Of a stretch of DNA of 64,000 nt, positions 35,931 through 45,589 are shown piece after piece (the first letter of the stretch is position 1; each line of letters opens with the position of its first letter). The translations under genes and the position numbers were made by a program. The stretch lies in the IMG/VR virus record IMGVR_UViG_3300021091_000001, positions 32,001 through 96,000 of that record, one strand, 5' to 3'. The notes beneath the pieces were generated by a model. The model was not told the DNA's origin, did not search any database, and saw only the letters and a list, made by a program, of their open reading frames with translations. This DNA is from a virus (Duplodnaviria > Caudoviricetes).

Positions 35931-37625
35931 ATGACTAATCAACAAGAAACAACAAACGTCACCTTAAATGACCTTAATTATTTTTGGACTAAGTCTGGAG
36001 TTCCATGTTTTATGGCAACTCGAGACGATATTCAAGATGTAGTTCAGGCTCTTGGTTTTAATATTTATTATCTTATTTGCAATGTTGCGGAAGATAAAAA
36101 GAATGAAACCACAACTTATGTCAATGGTAAGAGTCAAACAACTACTTCTTATGTCACTAATATGAAGACCAAAATTGTCAAGGTTGTAAACAACTTTGTT
36201 GGTCATTCAATTACTGTTGTAGAAGATGAAGAAATTTATGATTTTACTCCAATACGTGAAATAGGCGAATATAATCTTCCTCCTATTCCTCGCGATATAG
36301 TTACTAAGCTCGATGAGTTCTTTAGACTTGTCGACGCACAGCATGGCACAGAGTCAATTGTCATATTGACCTTTGATCCTAATTTTGAAGATTCCCGTGG
36401 TTGGGGTGTTCTTGTTCCAGAACAGACAAATACTTCTGTTCACTGCAAGTACGACCCAGATAGCATTGTTGATCAAAAACCTGAGCATGTGATGATTGTT
36501 GGATCTGTTCACAGTCATCCCGGCATGCCTGCTTATGCATCTGGTACAGACCATGCTGATCAAGCAGATTTTGATGGCATTCATATTACTTATGGATGGC
36601 AGAAGTCTATTAATAACAATGCAACTCAATATCATATTGAGCTTCAAATGGCTGGATATTCTTGGACTCTTAAGCCAGATGATGTTTTTGAATCATTTGT
36701 TTACAATAAATCTCCCGATCCTCAGGTCGTAGAATGGAGCGAAAAAGTAAAAAAAGCATACCCCCCTCAGGGGGGTTCGGTTTCTCTAGTGGCTCACACA
36801 CCAGCACATTCGCTACATCAGACTCCTCCTCGGGACTTTATTCCAACTGGTATTACTAGTCCTTTATCAAAAGGAACTTCCACTTGGGAATCTACCAATT
36901 CTCCTCGTGTTTCTCAGTTTAATTCTCGTACTCAGAATTATCCTAACCCTCATGATGACGATGACCATATTGTCATAGCAGAAGTTCAAATTGAATCAGG
37001 CGGTTTTGCTTCATGTCCTTCTTGTAATTCTGAAGTGGCTTATTTTATTAATACTGTTCCATTTTACTGCGACGTTTGTGATATGCCTCTTTGTTTTCCT
37101 AATAACGCATATTCTGAGATAATTTCTTCTGCTGAAGAATATCTTAAAGAACGTAATCTTAAATCTAACTGCAATTATTATATTTGGACTAAAGATGATA
37201 ATGATGCAGATTTGTTAATGCGCATTAAAGAAAAAAATTACGTATCTGATTCTTCTGATTACATATCTTTAGACGCTCGTGTCGAAACTCTTGATGAATA
37301 TTATTACGAAGGTTTTTCTCACGAAAGATTAGTTTGTTGTGATCTTCCTATTGAAGAAATTTCTTATTGTACATGTTCTACTCCTGTTTATTATGATGAC
37401 GTCATTTCTTTTGATGTTGCTCATCCCCATAGTGTTTACGATTCAAACGATTCTTGTATAGAATGTGAATTCTATTACTCTAGGAATTGTAAGCCTTATC
37501 TACAAGCCATTGTAGATTTTGCGGCACGTGATCGTGTTATGGACGCTAAAATAACTGAGTGTGAGGACTTTATTCCGTATGAACGTTCTGCTGTCAAATA
37601 CGACTTCGACCGAGATTATTATTAA
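35931..37625 (+). CDS. JAB/MPN+ metallopeptidase (deubiquitinase-like) with Cys-rich C-terminus
   Basis: E(S)IVIL...GSVHSHP..AYASGTD (E..HxH..S..D JAMM motif). Confidence 0.88.
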   Translation: MTNQQETTNVTLNDLNYFWTKSGVPCFMATRDDIQDVVQALGFNIYYLICNVAEDKKNETTTYVNGKSQTTTSYVTNMKTKIVKVVNNFVGHSITVVEDEEIYDFTPIREIGEYNLPPIPRDIVTKLDEFFRLVDAQHGTESIVILTFDPNFEDSRGWGVLVPEQTNTSVHCKYDPDSIVDQKPEHVMIVGSVHSHPGMPAYASGTDHADQADFDGIHITYGWQKSINNNATQYHIELQMAGYSWTLKPDDVFESFVYNKSPDPQVVEWSEKVKKAYPPQGGSVSLVAHTPAHSLHQTPPRDFIPTGITSPLSKGTSTWESTNSPRVSQFNSRTQNYPNPHDDDDHIVIAEVQIESGGFASCPSCNSEVAYFINTVPFYCDVCDMPLCFPNNAYSEIISSAEEYLKERNLKSNCNYYIWTKDDNDADLLMRIKEKNYVSDSSDYISLDARVETLDEYYYEGFSHERLVCCDLPIEEISYCTCSTPVYYDDVISFDVAHPHSVYDSNDSCIECEFYYSRNCKPYLQAIVDFAARDRVMDAKITECEDFIPYERSAVKYDFDRDYY

Positions 37626-37645
37626 GACAAAATATAGGAACTGTT

Positions 37646-38392
37646 ATGGAAACTAAAAGAGTTGTATTGGTTGGAGCCGGAGGCATAGGCACTTGGCTTG
37701 CTCCTGGTGTTGTTCGTTTACTTGAGTGGAAGTATCCTGGTTCTGCTTTTATTATCGTCGATGGTGACAATTTTGAGCAGAAAAATTTAGAGCGTCAGTC
37801 TTTTACACAAATGGGAAACAAGGCTTCTGTTAAAGCATTAGAACTTTCTTCTCAGTTTACAAATACTCTTGTTATTCCAGTCCCTAAATGGGTTGTTTCT
37901 GACGATCATCCAGAGACAGATGATAATTCTAACAAGATCAAAGCTTCTCAACTTCTTGTTGAAGGAGATATTGTTCTTGCTGTTGTTGACAATTTTTCTG
38001 CACGTAAAATTCTTTTTGACGCTGCATCTAAATTAGACAACGTTGATGTTTTAACTGGTGGAAATGATGACGCTTTATATGGAAGTATTTATCATTACCG
38101 TCGTAGAAATGGTATAGACATTACTTCTCATCCAGTTGAAACACACCCAGAATACCAGAATCCGCCGGATCGTAATCCCGGTGAGATGTCTTGTCAGGAG
38201 CGAGCAGAAATAGAAGGTGGCACTCAGATTCTTGCCACTAATATGGCTGTTGCTTCTTATATTCTTGGTCGAATACAACACACTATAGTGTTCGACCAAA
38301 ATCCAGAACAGTCCGAGATTTATTTTGATCTAGGGCTTGGCATGGCACAACCCTACAACCGTATGGTTGAAAACGCATCACTTAATGTATAG
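37646..38392 (+). CDS. ThiF/E1-like ubiquitin-activating enzyme
   Basis: VLVGAGGIG, DGD.FE.KNL.RQ, NKA, AVVDN..AR; candidate catalytic Cys in SCQE; no zinc CxxC pairs. Confidence 0.9.
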   Translation: METKRVVLVGAGGIGTWLAPGVVRLLEWKYPGSAFIIVDGDNFEQKNLERQSFTQMGNKASVKALELSSQFTNTLVIPVPKWVVSDDHPETDDNSNKIKASQLLVEGDIVLAVVDNFSARKILFDAASKLDNVDVLTGGNDDALYGSIYHYRRRNGIDITSHPVETHPEYQNPPDRNPGEMSCQERAEIEGGTQILATNMAVASYILGRIQHTIVFDQNPEQSEIYFDLGLGMAQPYNRMVENASLNV

Positions 38393-38403
38393 GAGAAATC
38401 AAA

Positions 38404-38655
38404 ATGGAAATGAATTCCATGCAGAACAATACAAATGCAGCACAGGGCGTAGCTAATCTTCGCTATGGTGTTTACAACCAGCCAGCTCCAGTTTCTGGCA
38501 AGACTGTTGGCGAAGTTCGTCAGCAGTTCTCCAAGCTTTGGGGAATCAGCGCAGACGCCATTGCCTACAAGGGCAAAGACAAGCTTGACGAAAATTATAT
38601 CATTCAGCCCGGCGATAACGTTGAATTCCATCGCCGTGCTGGTGAAAAGGGCTGA
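38404..38655 (+). CDS. Ubiquitin-like (beta-grasp) protein ending in Gly
   Basis: 83 aa, GKTVGEVR..LDENYIIQPGDNVEFHRRAGEKG*; AGGAG RBS; directly after E1. Confidence 0.82.
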   Translation: MEMNSMQNNTNAAQGVANLRYGVYNQPAPVSGKTVGEVRQQFSKLWGISADAIAYKGKDKLDENYIIQPGDNVEFHRRAGEKG

Positions 38656-38670
38656 TTAAGCTCTACATTC

Positions 38671-38764
38671 GTGGGGGGGGATTTCGGCTTAAATGCCGTT
38701 CAATCTAACATTATAGATGATTTTAATCTGAAAAATGTTAGAATGGTCCCCCCCCACTTTTTTT
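38671..38764 (+). terminator. Branched hairpin with G8/C8 closing stem and U-tract
   Basis: 11-bp stem 38671-38681/38747-38757 enclosing two internal hairpins, followed by a T run. Confidence 0.5.
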
Positions 38765-38804
38765 ATAAAGCCTACAGTTAGTTACTTTATATGAAGAGGA
38801 CTTT

Positions 38805-40406
38805 ATGCTCCACCAACAAATCCAACTTGGTATTCCTGCCATATGGATTAAAACTACAGACCCTTTCCGTATAGAAGAAAATATTTTATCTATTTCAAAA
38901 AGAGATTTTTTTTCTATAACAAAGGATGGTTTTTCACATTATTCTGATAATGTTTGGAAACCCATTCTAGTATCTATTTCTAACCCTGAAGATTCTTCTT
39001 CTCCAATAATTAAAACGACCACAGATTTTTCTGTGTCTTTTGATTTTCTTTTTAATTCTCCTGACTTTAAAGATCGTCCAAAAACGTTTATTAACCACCT
39101 AGTTAGTGATCCAAATTCTTTTGCAATGATGTTTGCTCCTTTTATTGCAAATCTTCATTCTGATTATCGCAATTCTTTTAAAAAAGACGATCTTTCTTTA
39201 CTTCCTCTTCAAATAATTGTCATATCTTCTGCCAATCCTCCAGAAGACATTGCTCATCTTTTCTATGTTCACGAAGATACTTATCCTTCTTTGGAAGAAC
39301 TTACTGATATTCTCTATCATATGCATTCTTCTACAAATGGAGAAATAGTAGATTCTGCCAAAACAAAAGATATAGCTCGTTCTGGTCTTGGTTTAACAGA
39401 GTCTAAGTTTATTAACTTGTCTTTGCTTTCTGTTTTAGAATGCGGAACTATCGATTCTGCTTACATTTATTCTGCTAAAATGGCAGATGTCAAAAAGAAT
39501 GGCATTCTTGAAATTCTTAAGCCTAAAATAACATTTGATAATATTGGCGGTCTTGATAACATTAAGAATGTTATTTTTAAAAATCTTTATTTTTGGAATA
39601 ATCCCCAAGAAGCTGAAAAATTTGGTATTCAACCAATAAGACGTTTGCTTACCGTTGGTATTCCTGGCACTGGTAAGTCTGCCATTTGCGAAGCAACTGC
39701 AAATGCTTTAGGTCTAGATCTCGCTCGCACTGGTGTCAGTCAAGTAATGAATTCTTTCATTGGCCAGTCAGAAGCTAATATGCGAGCAGTTTTTCAGCAG
39801 ATAAAAGCAATGGCTCCACTTTGCGTTTGGATTGACGAGTTCGGTCGTGATATGTCTGGTGGCCAGTCGTCTAGTCACGTAGACGGTGGCACCACAGACC
39901 GTGTTCACGGCGAGTTCTTGACAGGCTTGCAGGAACTTCCTGACAATGTCTTTTTGATGTGTGCTGCAAATCAACTCAATCACCTTAGGCCAGAGATGCT
40001 TCGCGCAGAACGCTTTGATAAGATTTTCTTTGTTGGTTTGCCTTCATTTGAAGAGCGAATTGAAATTATCAAAATTTATCTTCCGGAAAATAATTATGAT
40101 TATCAAGCCGTTGCTCATGCTACCAAGTATTTTACTGGTGCAGAAATTAAATCTCTTATCAAAGAAGTGAACTTTAATGTAGTATCTACTTATCATCGCT
40201 CTGTTACTGATAAGGATATTATTTCTTACGCTCCTAGCATAAGGAATATTCTTTGGAATAAAGAACGCGACATGATTAAAGAGTTATATCGCTACGCCTA
40301 TGAGAACTGGGATTGGGCTTCTAATTTCCAATACAATGAAATAGATGATATACTTGGTAAAGCTCCAGCAAAGTCACAAGTTTCGTCTTGGGACGTAAAG
40401 ATATAA
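38805..40406 (+). CDS. AAA+ ATPase (Ycf46/SpoVK/Cdc48-like), degenerate N-terminal module
   Basis: IGGLDNIK, GIPGTGKS, VWIDE, AAN..LRPEMLRAERFD. Confidence 0.92.
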   Translation: MLHQQIQLGIPAIWIKTTDPFRIEENILSISKRDFFSITKDGFSHYSDNVWKPILVSISNPEDSSSPIIKTTTDFSVSFDFLFNSPDFKDRPKTFINHLVSDPNSFAMMFAPFIANLHSDYRNSFKKDDLSLLPLQIIVISSANPPEDIAHLFYVHEDTYPSLEELTDILYHMHSSTNGEIVDSAKTKDIARSGLGLTESKFINLSLLSVLECGTIDSAYIYSAKMADVKKNGILEILKPKITFDNIGGLDNIKNVIFKNLYFWNNPQEAEKFGIQPIRRLLTVGIPGTGKSAICEATANALGLDLARTGVSQVMNSFIGQSEANMRAVFQQIKAMAPLCVWIDEFGRDMSGGQSSSHVDGGTTDRVHGEFLTGLQELPDNVFLMCAANQLNHLRPEMLRAERFDKIFFVGLPSFEERIEIIKIYLPENNYDYQAVAHATKYFTGAEIKSLIKEVNFNVVSTYHRSVTDKDIISYAPSIRNILWNKERDMIKELYRYAYENWDWASNFQYNEIDDILGKAPAKSQVSSWDVKI

Positions 40407-40415
40407 AGGAATATT

Positions 40416-41033
40416 ATGTCTATTGAAGAAAATGTCGAAGAATTTCTCTCTACTTTAGAACCAGATCAGCAAGACGATAAGCCAAAGTATGCAAATACTC
40501 TTTATAAGAAATGGTTTAAGTCTAAGACTCAAAGTGGTTTTGTTTCTATTCGTCCTTGGTTTCAAGGAATGAAATTTTCTATTGATATTGGAAAAACCAA
40601 TTCATCAGGAAAACTAGAAAGTAACACAAACTGTTTTGTTGATGCAATAGATTTTGCCGCTTATCTTCGTAGTATTGTTACAAACACAGCTTCTTTTAAT
40701 TTTCCCGTAAATGAAAGAATGGGATTAACAACTCCTGAATCTTTTGTTTCTTATGGTGGAACCACTTTACAATCTGGTCAGCAAATCAGCAGAATTTTTA
40801 AATGCCAACACTGGCAAAGTGGTGATAATGTAGATTCTTCTGCTTTTATTTGGAAAGCTGGCCATTTTAAAGCTAGGAAATCAGATACTGGAGCTTTCAT
40901 TCCTGATATGAAATCACCATTGTCTGTAGATTCGATTAAAGTTACTCGTCAAGATATTGTTAGTATTTCATATCTTTTGGATATGTCTTTGATTTCTTAT
41001 GTAACTAATAACACAGAATGGTATGATGCCTAG
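40416..41033 (+). CDS. Hypothetical protein
   Basis: AAGGA RBS, 205 aa. Confidence 0.8.
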   Translation: MSIEENVEEFLSTLEPDQQDDKPKYANTLYKKWFKSKTQSGFVSIRPWFQGMKFSIDIGKTNSSGKLESNTNCFVDAIDFAAYLRSIVTNTASFNFPVNERMGLTTPESFVSYGGTTLQSGQQISRIFKCQHWQSGDNVDSSAFIWKAGHFKARKSDTGAFIPDMKSPLSVDSIKVTRQDIVSISYLLDMSLISYVTNNTEWYDA

Positions 41034-41416
41034 TGGAAGAAAACATATTTGATTCAGCTGATACTTTTGATTCTTTAAAGAATAATCTTCATGAACTTGT
41101 TATTGCTTTAGCTTCTAGAGTTGAAGAACGTCTGCAAGATTTGGATGAAGCAATTCAAAAGCTTGAAAAACAGATTGCTACTCTTATTCTTGGTTTTGGA
41201 GAACAAGCTGTTAATATGGAAGGACTTCTTGCCCAGATTAAATTCTCCAGTCCTGAAGCCCAAAAAGAGTTCATGAATACTATTTCTGCTAGTAGAAAAC
41301 AAATGCTTGAGACAATGAAGGAAGGCGCCAGTGGTTTATTGGCTGGAGAAAGTCCAGGAATTGCCTCAGCCGTTGAAGACTTGGTTAACGAAAAGTTATC
41401 TGACTCAGCCGATTAA
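41033..41416 (+). CDS. Coiled-coil hypothetical protein
   Basis: TAGTG overlap. Confidence 0.7.
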   Translation: MEENIFDSADTFDSLKNNLHELVIALASRVEERLQDLDEAIQKLEKQIATLILGFGEQAVNMEGLLAQIKFSSPEAQKEFMNTISASRKQMLETMKEGASGLLAGESPGIASAVEDLVNEKLSDSAD

Positions 41417-41608
41417 TGGCACTTCTGTTCTTTTTGTAGACAAGCAGAATATTATTATATTGAATAATATTTATTATCTGCAAAAGATTTATTCTATTGC
41501 AAAGTTTATTTATCCAGAGATGTTATCTTTACATTTATCTTCTCTACCTATTTCTGATTCGTTAAAAAATAGGGTCATTTCTTTTGAATCTATATCTATG
41601 GAGACATA

Positions 41609-42250
41609 ATGATATCTATATCTAATTTTTCTGACACTCCATATATCACTAATCACATTAATGATATATTTGACAATATGGATGATTCTTTATATCCCCT
41701 TAATGCTTATTTTGCACATTTTTTTCGGATTAAAGATCTTAACTCACTAAAATCAGTTCTTTCTCATACTCCTAGTTCTCAGTTTACTGTAGAAACATAT
41801 AGATCATTAGAATCTAATCTTCTTTCTATCGAAAGAGAACTTGCTTATATTTATATTAAAACTACTTTTTTTGATTCAGATAGAATGTATTTTTATCTAG
41901 GTTCTAAGAATTCTTTCAAACTAAATTATTTTTCTGATTTTTTACCCAGTGCTTTTAATCATCTTTTTAATCATTGGATTCACAATAGTTTTGTTAAAGT
42001 AATGGGCCCTGGACACGGTTCTTATATAGTATTTGATCTTTCAAAGCCTTTTACTCTTCCTACTGTAGAATCATCTTCTTTTCAAGATAGTATAACTTCC
42101 TTCATAAACTCATACAACCAAATGAAAAGTGACAATCAGTATCTTACTGAATTGAATTCTTACAAAGATGGAGTTATACATTCTCTTCAGTTGAAGATTG
42201 AAGAATTACAAAATCAAAATTTTATAACATCTCAAATCACTTGGAGATAA
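41609..42250 (+). CDS. Hypothetical protein, C-terminal coiled coil
   Basis: GGAG RBS. Confidence 0.75.
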   Translation: MISISNFSDTPYITNHINDIFDNMDDSLYPLNAYFAHFFRIKDLNSLKSVLSHTPSSQFTVETYRSLESNLLSIERELAYIYIKTTFFDSDRMYFYLGSKNSFKLNYFSDFLPSAFNHLFNHWIHNSFVKVMGPGHGSYIVFDLSKPFTLPTVESSSFQDSITSFINSYNQMKSDNQYLTELNSYKDGVIHSLQLKIEELQNQNFITSQITWR

Positions 42251-42251
42251 T

Positions 42252-42803
42252 ATGGATACTACTTCTTATACTGATTCTCAAGCAGCTGTTCTCGCCGCTC
42301 AGTTCCCAATTGTTTGCAAATATTATTCTAATAATATTCCTTTAAATCCTAGTTCTCATTATCAGTATGCCAACAACCCTGGCATACGTTGTTGTTCTAG
42401 TTCTCAACGTTTAGCAGTTGCTTCTCCAACAAAACCTCCTTTATTTTGTGATATGTCTCCTGTCACAATGTCTACCTGCATATTTTATTCTTCTGATTTT
42501 AAAATTCTTAAAAAGATTAAAGCTTCAAATCAGACAGTTTATTTCATGACTCGTTATAGAACTGAGCAAGAGTCTTATATTTATAAGCTTTATGGCGAAG
42601 ATGCTGTTGTGTATCTTGAGTTAAATTACTCTGATATTAAATCTATCGATGATAATATCGATACAGAAGCTATTAGAGTATTTGAAGATTTTATTGTTAA
42701 TGAACTTGGTTTTACTTTTGATCTTCAAGAAATTGATGAAGAATGTCTTGATCGCAAGCTACAAAATACAACCAATTCATTTTTTAAAGCAATTTTAACC
42801 TAG
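42252..42803 (+). CDS. Cys-containing hypothetical protein
   Basis: Coupled to the upstream ORF; five Cys in the N-terminal half. Confidence 0.75.
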   Translation: MDTTSYTDSQAAVLAAQFPIVCKYYSNNIPLNPSSHYQYANNPGIRCCSSSQRLAVASPTKPPLFCDMSPVTMSTCIFYSSDFKILKKIKASNQTVYFMTRYRTEQESYIYKLYGEDAVVYLELNYSDIKSIDDNIDTEAIRVFEDFIVNELGFTFDLQEIDEECLDRKLQNTTNSFFKAILT

Positions 42804-42812
42804 GATTATTTT

Positions 42813-43994
42813 ATGATCTATGACTATAATTTGTTTACTCCAGAAAATGTTTTTACCTTAACTCTTCGCGGAAATCCTCAGTTTATAGAATCATCTATGG
42901 TTGCCAAGTATACTTGTTCTATATACGACATGAAAAAAAGATATGATTCTTTGCATCCTTCCATGACACTTCGGGATCAAGACCATCTGTATCCTTTAGC
43001 TGTTAGGTATATATCTCCTATGCGAGACTTCTACGTCATAGAACGTCCTCCGTTTCTTTTGGATGAGGTAGATTTTTCTACAGCTAAATCTTACAGGCAA
43101 AGAAAAACTCCGAAACTACTCAATAATAGATCTATTTGGATTCCTTGGACTATTGCCATTATTGCCATAAGAAATGGCGTGTATTCTTTTTATCTGTTTT
43201 TCAATGATGGTCCGCTTCAATCTATAGACGATAAGATTGTTTCAGCTTATCTTCCCAACATTGGCCATGGCGGCCAAGTATGTATGGGCCAAGATTCCAG
43301 TACAGCAATGGATAAATTTCAAGAAACACTTTCTGTTACAGAAATGTATAAGTCTTTGTTTAACATGTATTTTTCTGGTTGGAACACTGACATTTGGAAT
43401 TCTAGTTACAATATCAAATATTTTGATGATAACGGTATTCTTAAGAGAATTCAGTCTCTTAAATCATCTCCTAAAGATTTTTACGAAATTTTAGTGTATG
43501 GTCGATCTAGTGTTGCTAAGTATTTTAAATCTTTTTTGTTTCTTCTTTCTCATCTTACTTTACAAGAACATTTAGATTATGTTACTCATATTAAAAACAA
43601 TTCTCATAATGTTTTCAAGTTGTCTAAAGTTATTTCTCAACAACTTCCTGGTGGTTTAATTCTAGAGGAAGTTATTGTCAGAAAAATAGACAGATCTTTT
43701 TCCAAACAACAAATTGGTTATACAAATAGTCTTTTTTCTGAACATTTTGAATCTAGTCAAGTATCTAAAAGCATAACTCTTTATGTGAATAATATCCCAT
43801 TTTTTGATGGCCAACCGCCTTTGCGATACGATAATGATAAAGTTTATTCTATGGTTAGCGATCCTAAAGCAATTGCTGAGATTTATCAGCAGATGATGGC
43901 TCAATACAAAAATTCTGATTCTTCCTTTGTTCAAAACATTCATATGAATTATTCTGATCTTCACAGCGTTGTTGTTCAAGAAGGAGCGTTATGA
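42813..43994 (+). CDS. E2-like (family D) paralog 2
   Basis: WIPWTIAII..FFNDGPL..YLPNIGHGGQVCMG (Cys codon 43281)..FSGWNTD. Confidence 0.62.
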   Translation: MIYDYNLFTPENVFTLTLRGNPQFIESSMVAKYTCSIYDMKKRYDSLHPSMTLRDQDHLYPLAVRYISPMRDFYVIERPPFLLDEVDFSTAKSYRQRKTPKLLNNRSIWIPWTIAIIAIRNGVYSFYLFFNDGPLQSIDDKIVSAYLPNIGHGGQVCMGQDSSTAMDKFQETLSVTEMYKSLFNMYFSGWNTDIWNSSYNIKYFDDNGILKRIQSLKSSPKDFYEILVYGRSSVAKYFKSFLFLLSHLTLQEHLDYVTHIKNNSHNVFKLSKVISQQLPGGLILEEVIVRKIDRSFSKQQIGYTNSLFSEHFESSQVSKSITLYVNNIPFFDGQPPLRYDNDKVYSMVSDPKAIAEIYQQMMAQYKNSDSSFVQNIHMNYSDLHSVVVQEGAL

Positions 43995-45217
43995 TAACCC
44001 CATCTACTTACATTTTTGCTGACGATATCTCTTATCCATATGCAGAACTAACTACTGGCAATACAAATCTACAATACTCTTATGCTAATACTCAACGTTC
44101 TGAAGCTTCTAGGTTCATGAATTTAAAGTTAAGTAGCAATTATTCTATCAAAGAATCTACAATTTCTTATGAAAACGATTCTTACATTGATATATTTGAC
44201 GACTATCTTTCCATACTCAATACAGAGAACCAATATAATGACTTGATATTTCCTGGTTTAAGATACGCTTCTGAGGGAATATTAATCTTTGAAAGACCTC
44301 CTACTTACAAAGTTTTAGACATTAGTAGAGACTATCAGGCGAACATAAATTCTCATACTTTGCAATCGGAATATTATTTGCCAATTCCTTGGCAGGTATA
44401 CATTGCAATGTACAATCCTGCAACCATGCGACTAGTTGCAGTAAAAATGTTTTTTACATCTACTTCATTGTTTGATTTTAATCAAGCTGTTTTTGCTCCT
44501 CCTTTGTATAATTTTTATTCTAACGGAATGTTATGTAGACCATTCTTTGAGTCTATAGACGATATTGAGAAATATCCTAAAACATATTCTGGCGTTATTG
44601 CTTCTGCTTACGATTGGATCTGGAACAGTGGTTTCAACTTTGATATTACTGAAAATATTTCTCAATTTCTTCAAAGCAAAAATTTCTATTCTTTTGAACC
44701 ATATTTGACAAGCGCTTCTGCTAAAGCTTCTTACCATCTACTTGTTAATAATCCCATTCATGCAATTCTCAACAGATTAGATTTTATCTATGCTAAGAAT
44801 TTCTACAATTGTTGGCAGAATATAGCTCTTAAAGATATTTCTTCTGTTTCTTGGTCACCATATACATATTCGGATTTTTATTATCAAGAGCGAGATACTA
44901 TTTCTGACTATGCACTAGATATTTATTTGGATCAAACAGGAAACTCTTATTGTTCCTGTGACTGTGAGAGTTGTTTAGAATACTCGCAATGTTGTACTGA
45001 CGAAGATAATCTTCATCTTTCGGATATACATCATGACCCTTTATACATTAAAATTGTTGACAATTTAGTGAATAAAGATCCTAAACCTCTTCAAAAAGCT
45101 TATAAAGATTCTGTTTTGTTTTTAGCAAAAAACAAGATTTCTATGAAAAGTGCTTTTAAATCTAAGTCTTATGAAGTTTTTGCTAAAATGTCTGAAAAAA
45201 TACAGATTACTTCTTGA
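43991..45217 (+). CDS. E2-like (family D) paralog 3
   Basis: PIPWQVYIA..KMFF..PPLYNFYSNGMLC (Cys codon 44534)..WNSGFNFD. Confidence 0.62.
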   Translation: MITPSTYIFADDISYPYAELTTGNTNLQYSYANTQRSEASRFMNLKLSSNYSIKESTISYENDSYIDIFDDYLSILNTENQYNDLIFPGLRYASEGILIFERPPTYKVLDISRDYQANINSHTLQSEYYLPIPWQVYIAMYNPATMRLVAVKMFFTSTSLFDFNQAVFAPPLYNFYSNGMLCRPFFESIDDIEKYPKTYSGVIASAYDWIWNSGFNFDITENISQFLQSKNFYSFEPYLTSASAKASYHLLVNNPIHAILNRLDFIYAKNFYNCWQNIALKDISSVSWSPYTYSDFYYQERDTISDYALDIYLDQTGNSYCSCDCESCLEYSQCCTDEDNLHLSDIHHDPLYIKIVDNLVNKDPKPLQKAYKDSVLFLAKNKISMKSAFKSKSYEVFAKMSEKIQITS

Positions 45218-45274
45218 TTTTTATATACCTTTTTGGTATTATATATAATATAAACTTTAAAAAAGGTATTTAAA

Positions 45275-45589
45275 ATGTCTAAGACAAAGGCTATTCAGCC
45301 TACTTTCAATAGATCAGAAGTTGCTAAAATACTTAACGTTTCAACATTAACGATAGCTAACAGAGAAAAAAATAAAAAGTATCCAAATCCTAAGAGAGAT
45401 CTTAATAACTATCGTTTATATACTATTAATGACGTTTTGAATTTGCAACTTATCACATATAATCATGTAGATCCAAAGCCTATTATTTCTGTTCTTTACG
45501 ATAAAGGATACAGAGACTCAAAGCATCTAGCTCAAATCATCGATGATGCGCTATCAAACAGAGTGAGTTCAAATGCCAACAGAAAATGA
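45275..45589 (+). CDS. MerR-like HTH DNA-binding protein
   Basis: RSEVAKILNVSTLTIANRE...RDLNNYRLYT..DV. Confidence 0.8.
   Translation: MSKTKAIQPTFNRSEVAKILNVSTLTIANREKNKKYPNPKRDLNNYRLYTINDVLNLQLITYNHVDPKPIISVLYDKGYRDSKHLAQIIDDALSNRVSSNANRK

Noticed and set aside
37646-38655. ThiF/ThiS or MoeB/MoaD cofactor biosynthesis
   Set aside because: No thiG, moaE, cysteine synthase or rhodanese nearby; neighbours are E2-like and JAB genes; E1 lacks the zinc CxxC pairs; the small protein ends KG, not GG
41331-41609. 92-aa ORF between 41416 and 41609
   Set aside because: Track start overlaps the upstream gene by 86 nt and the nearest ATG (41416) is out of frame; cannot assign a credible start
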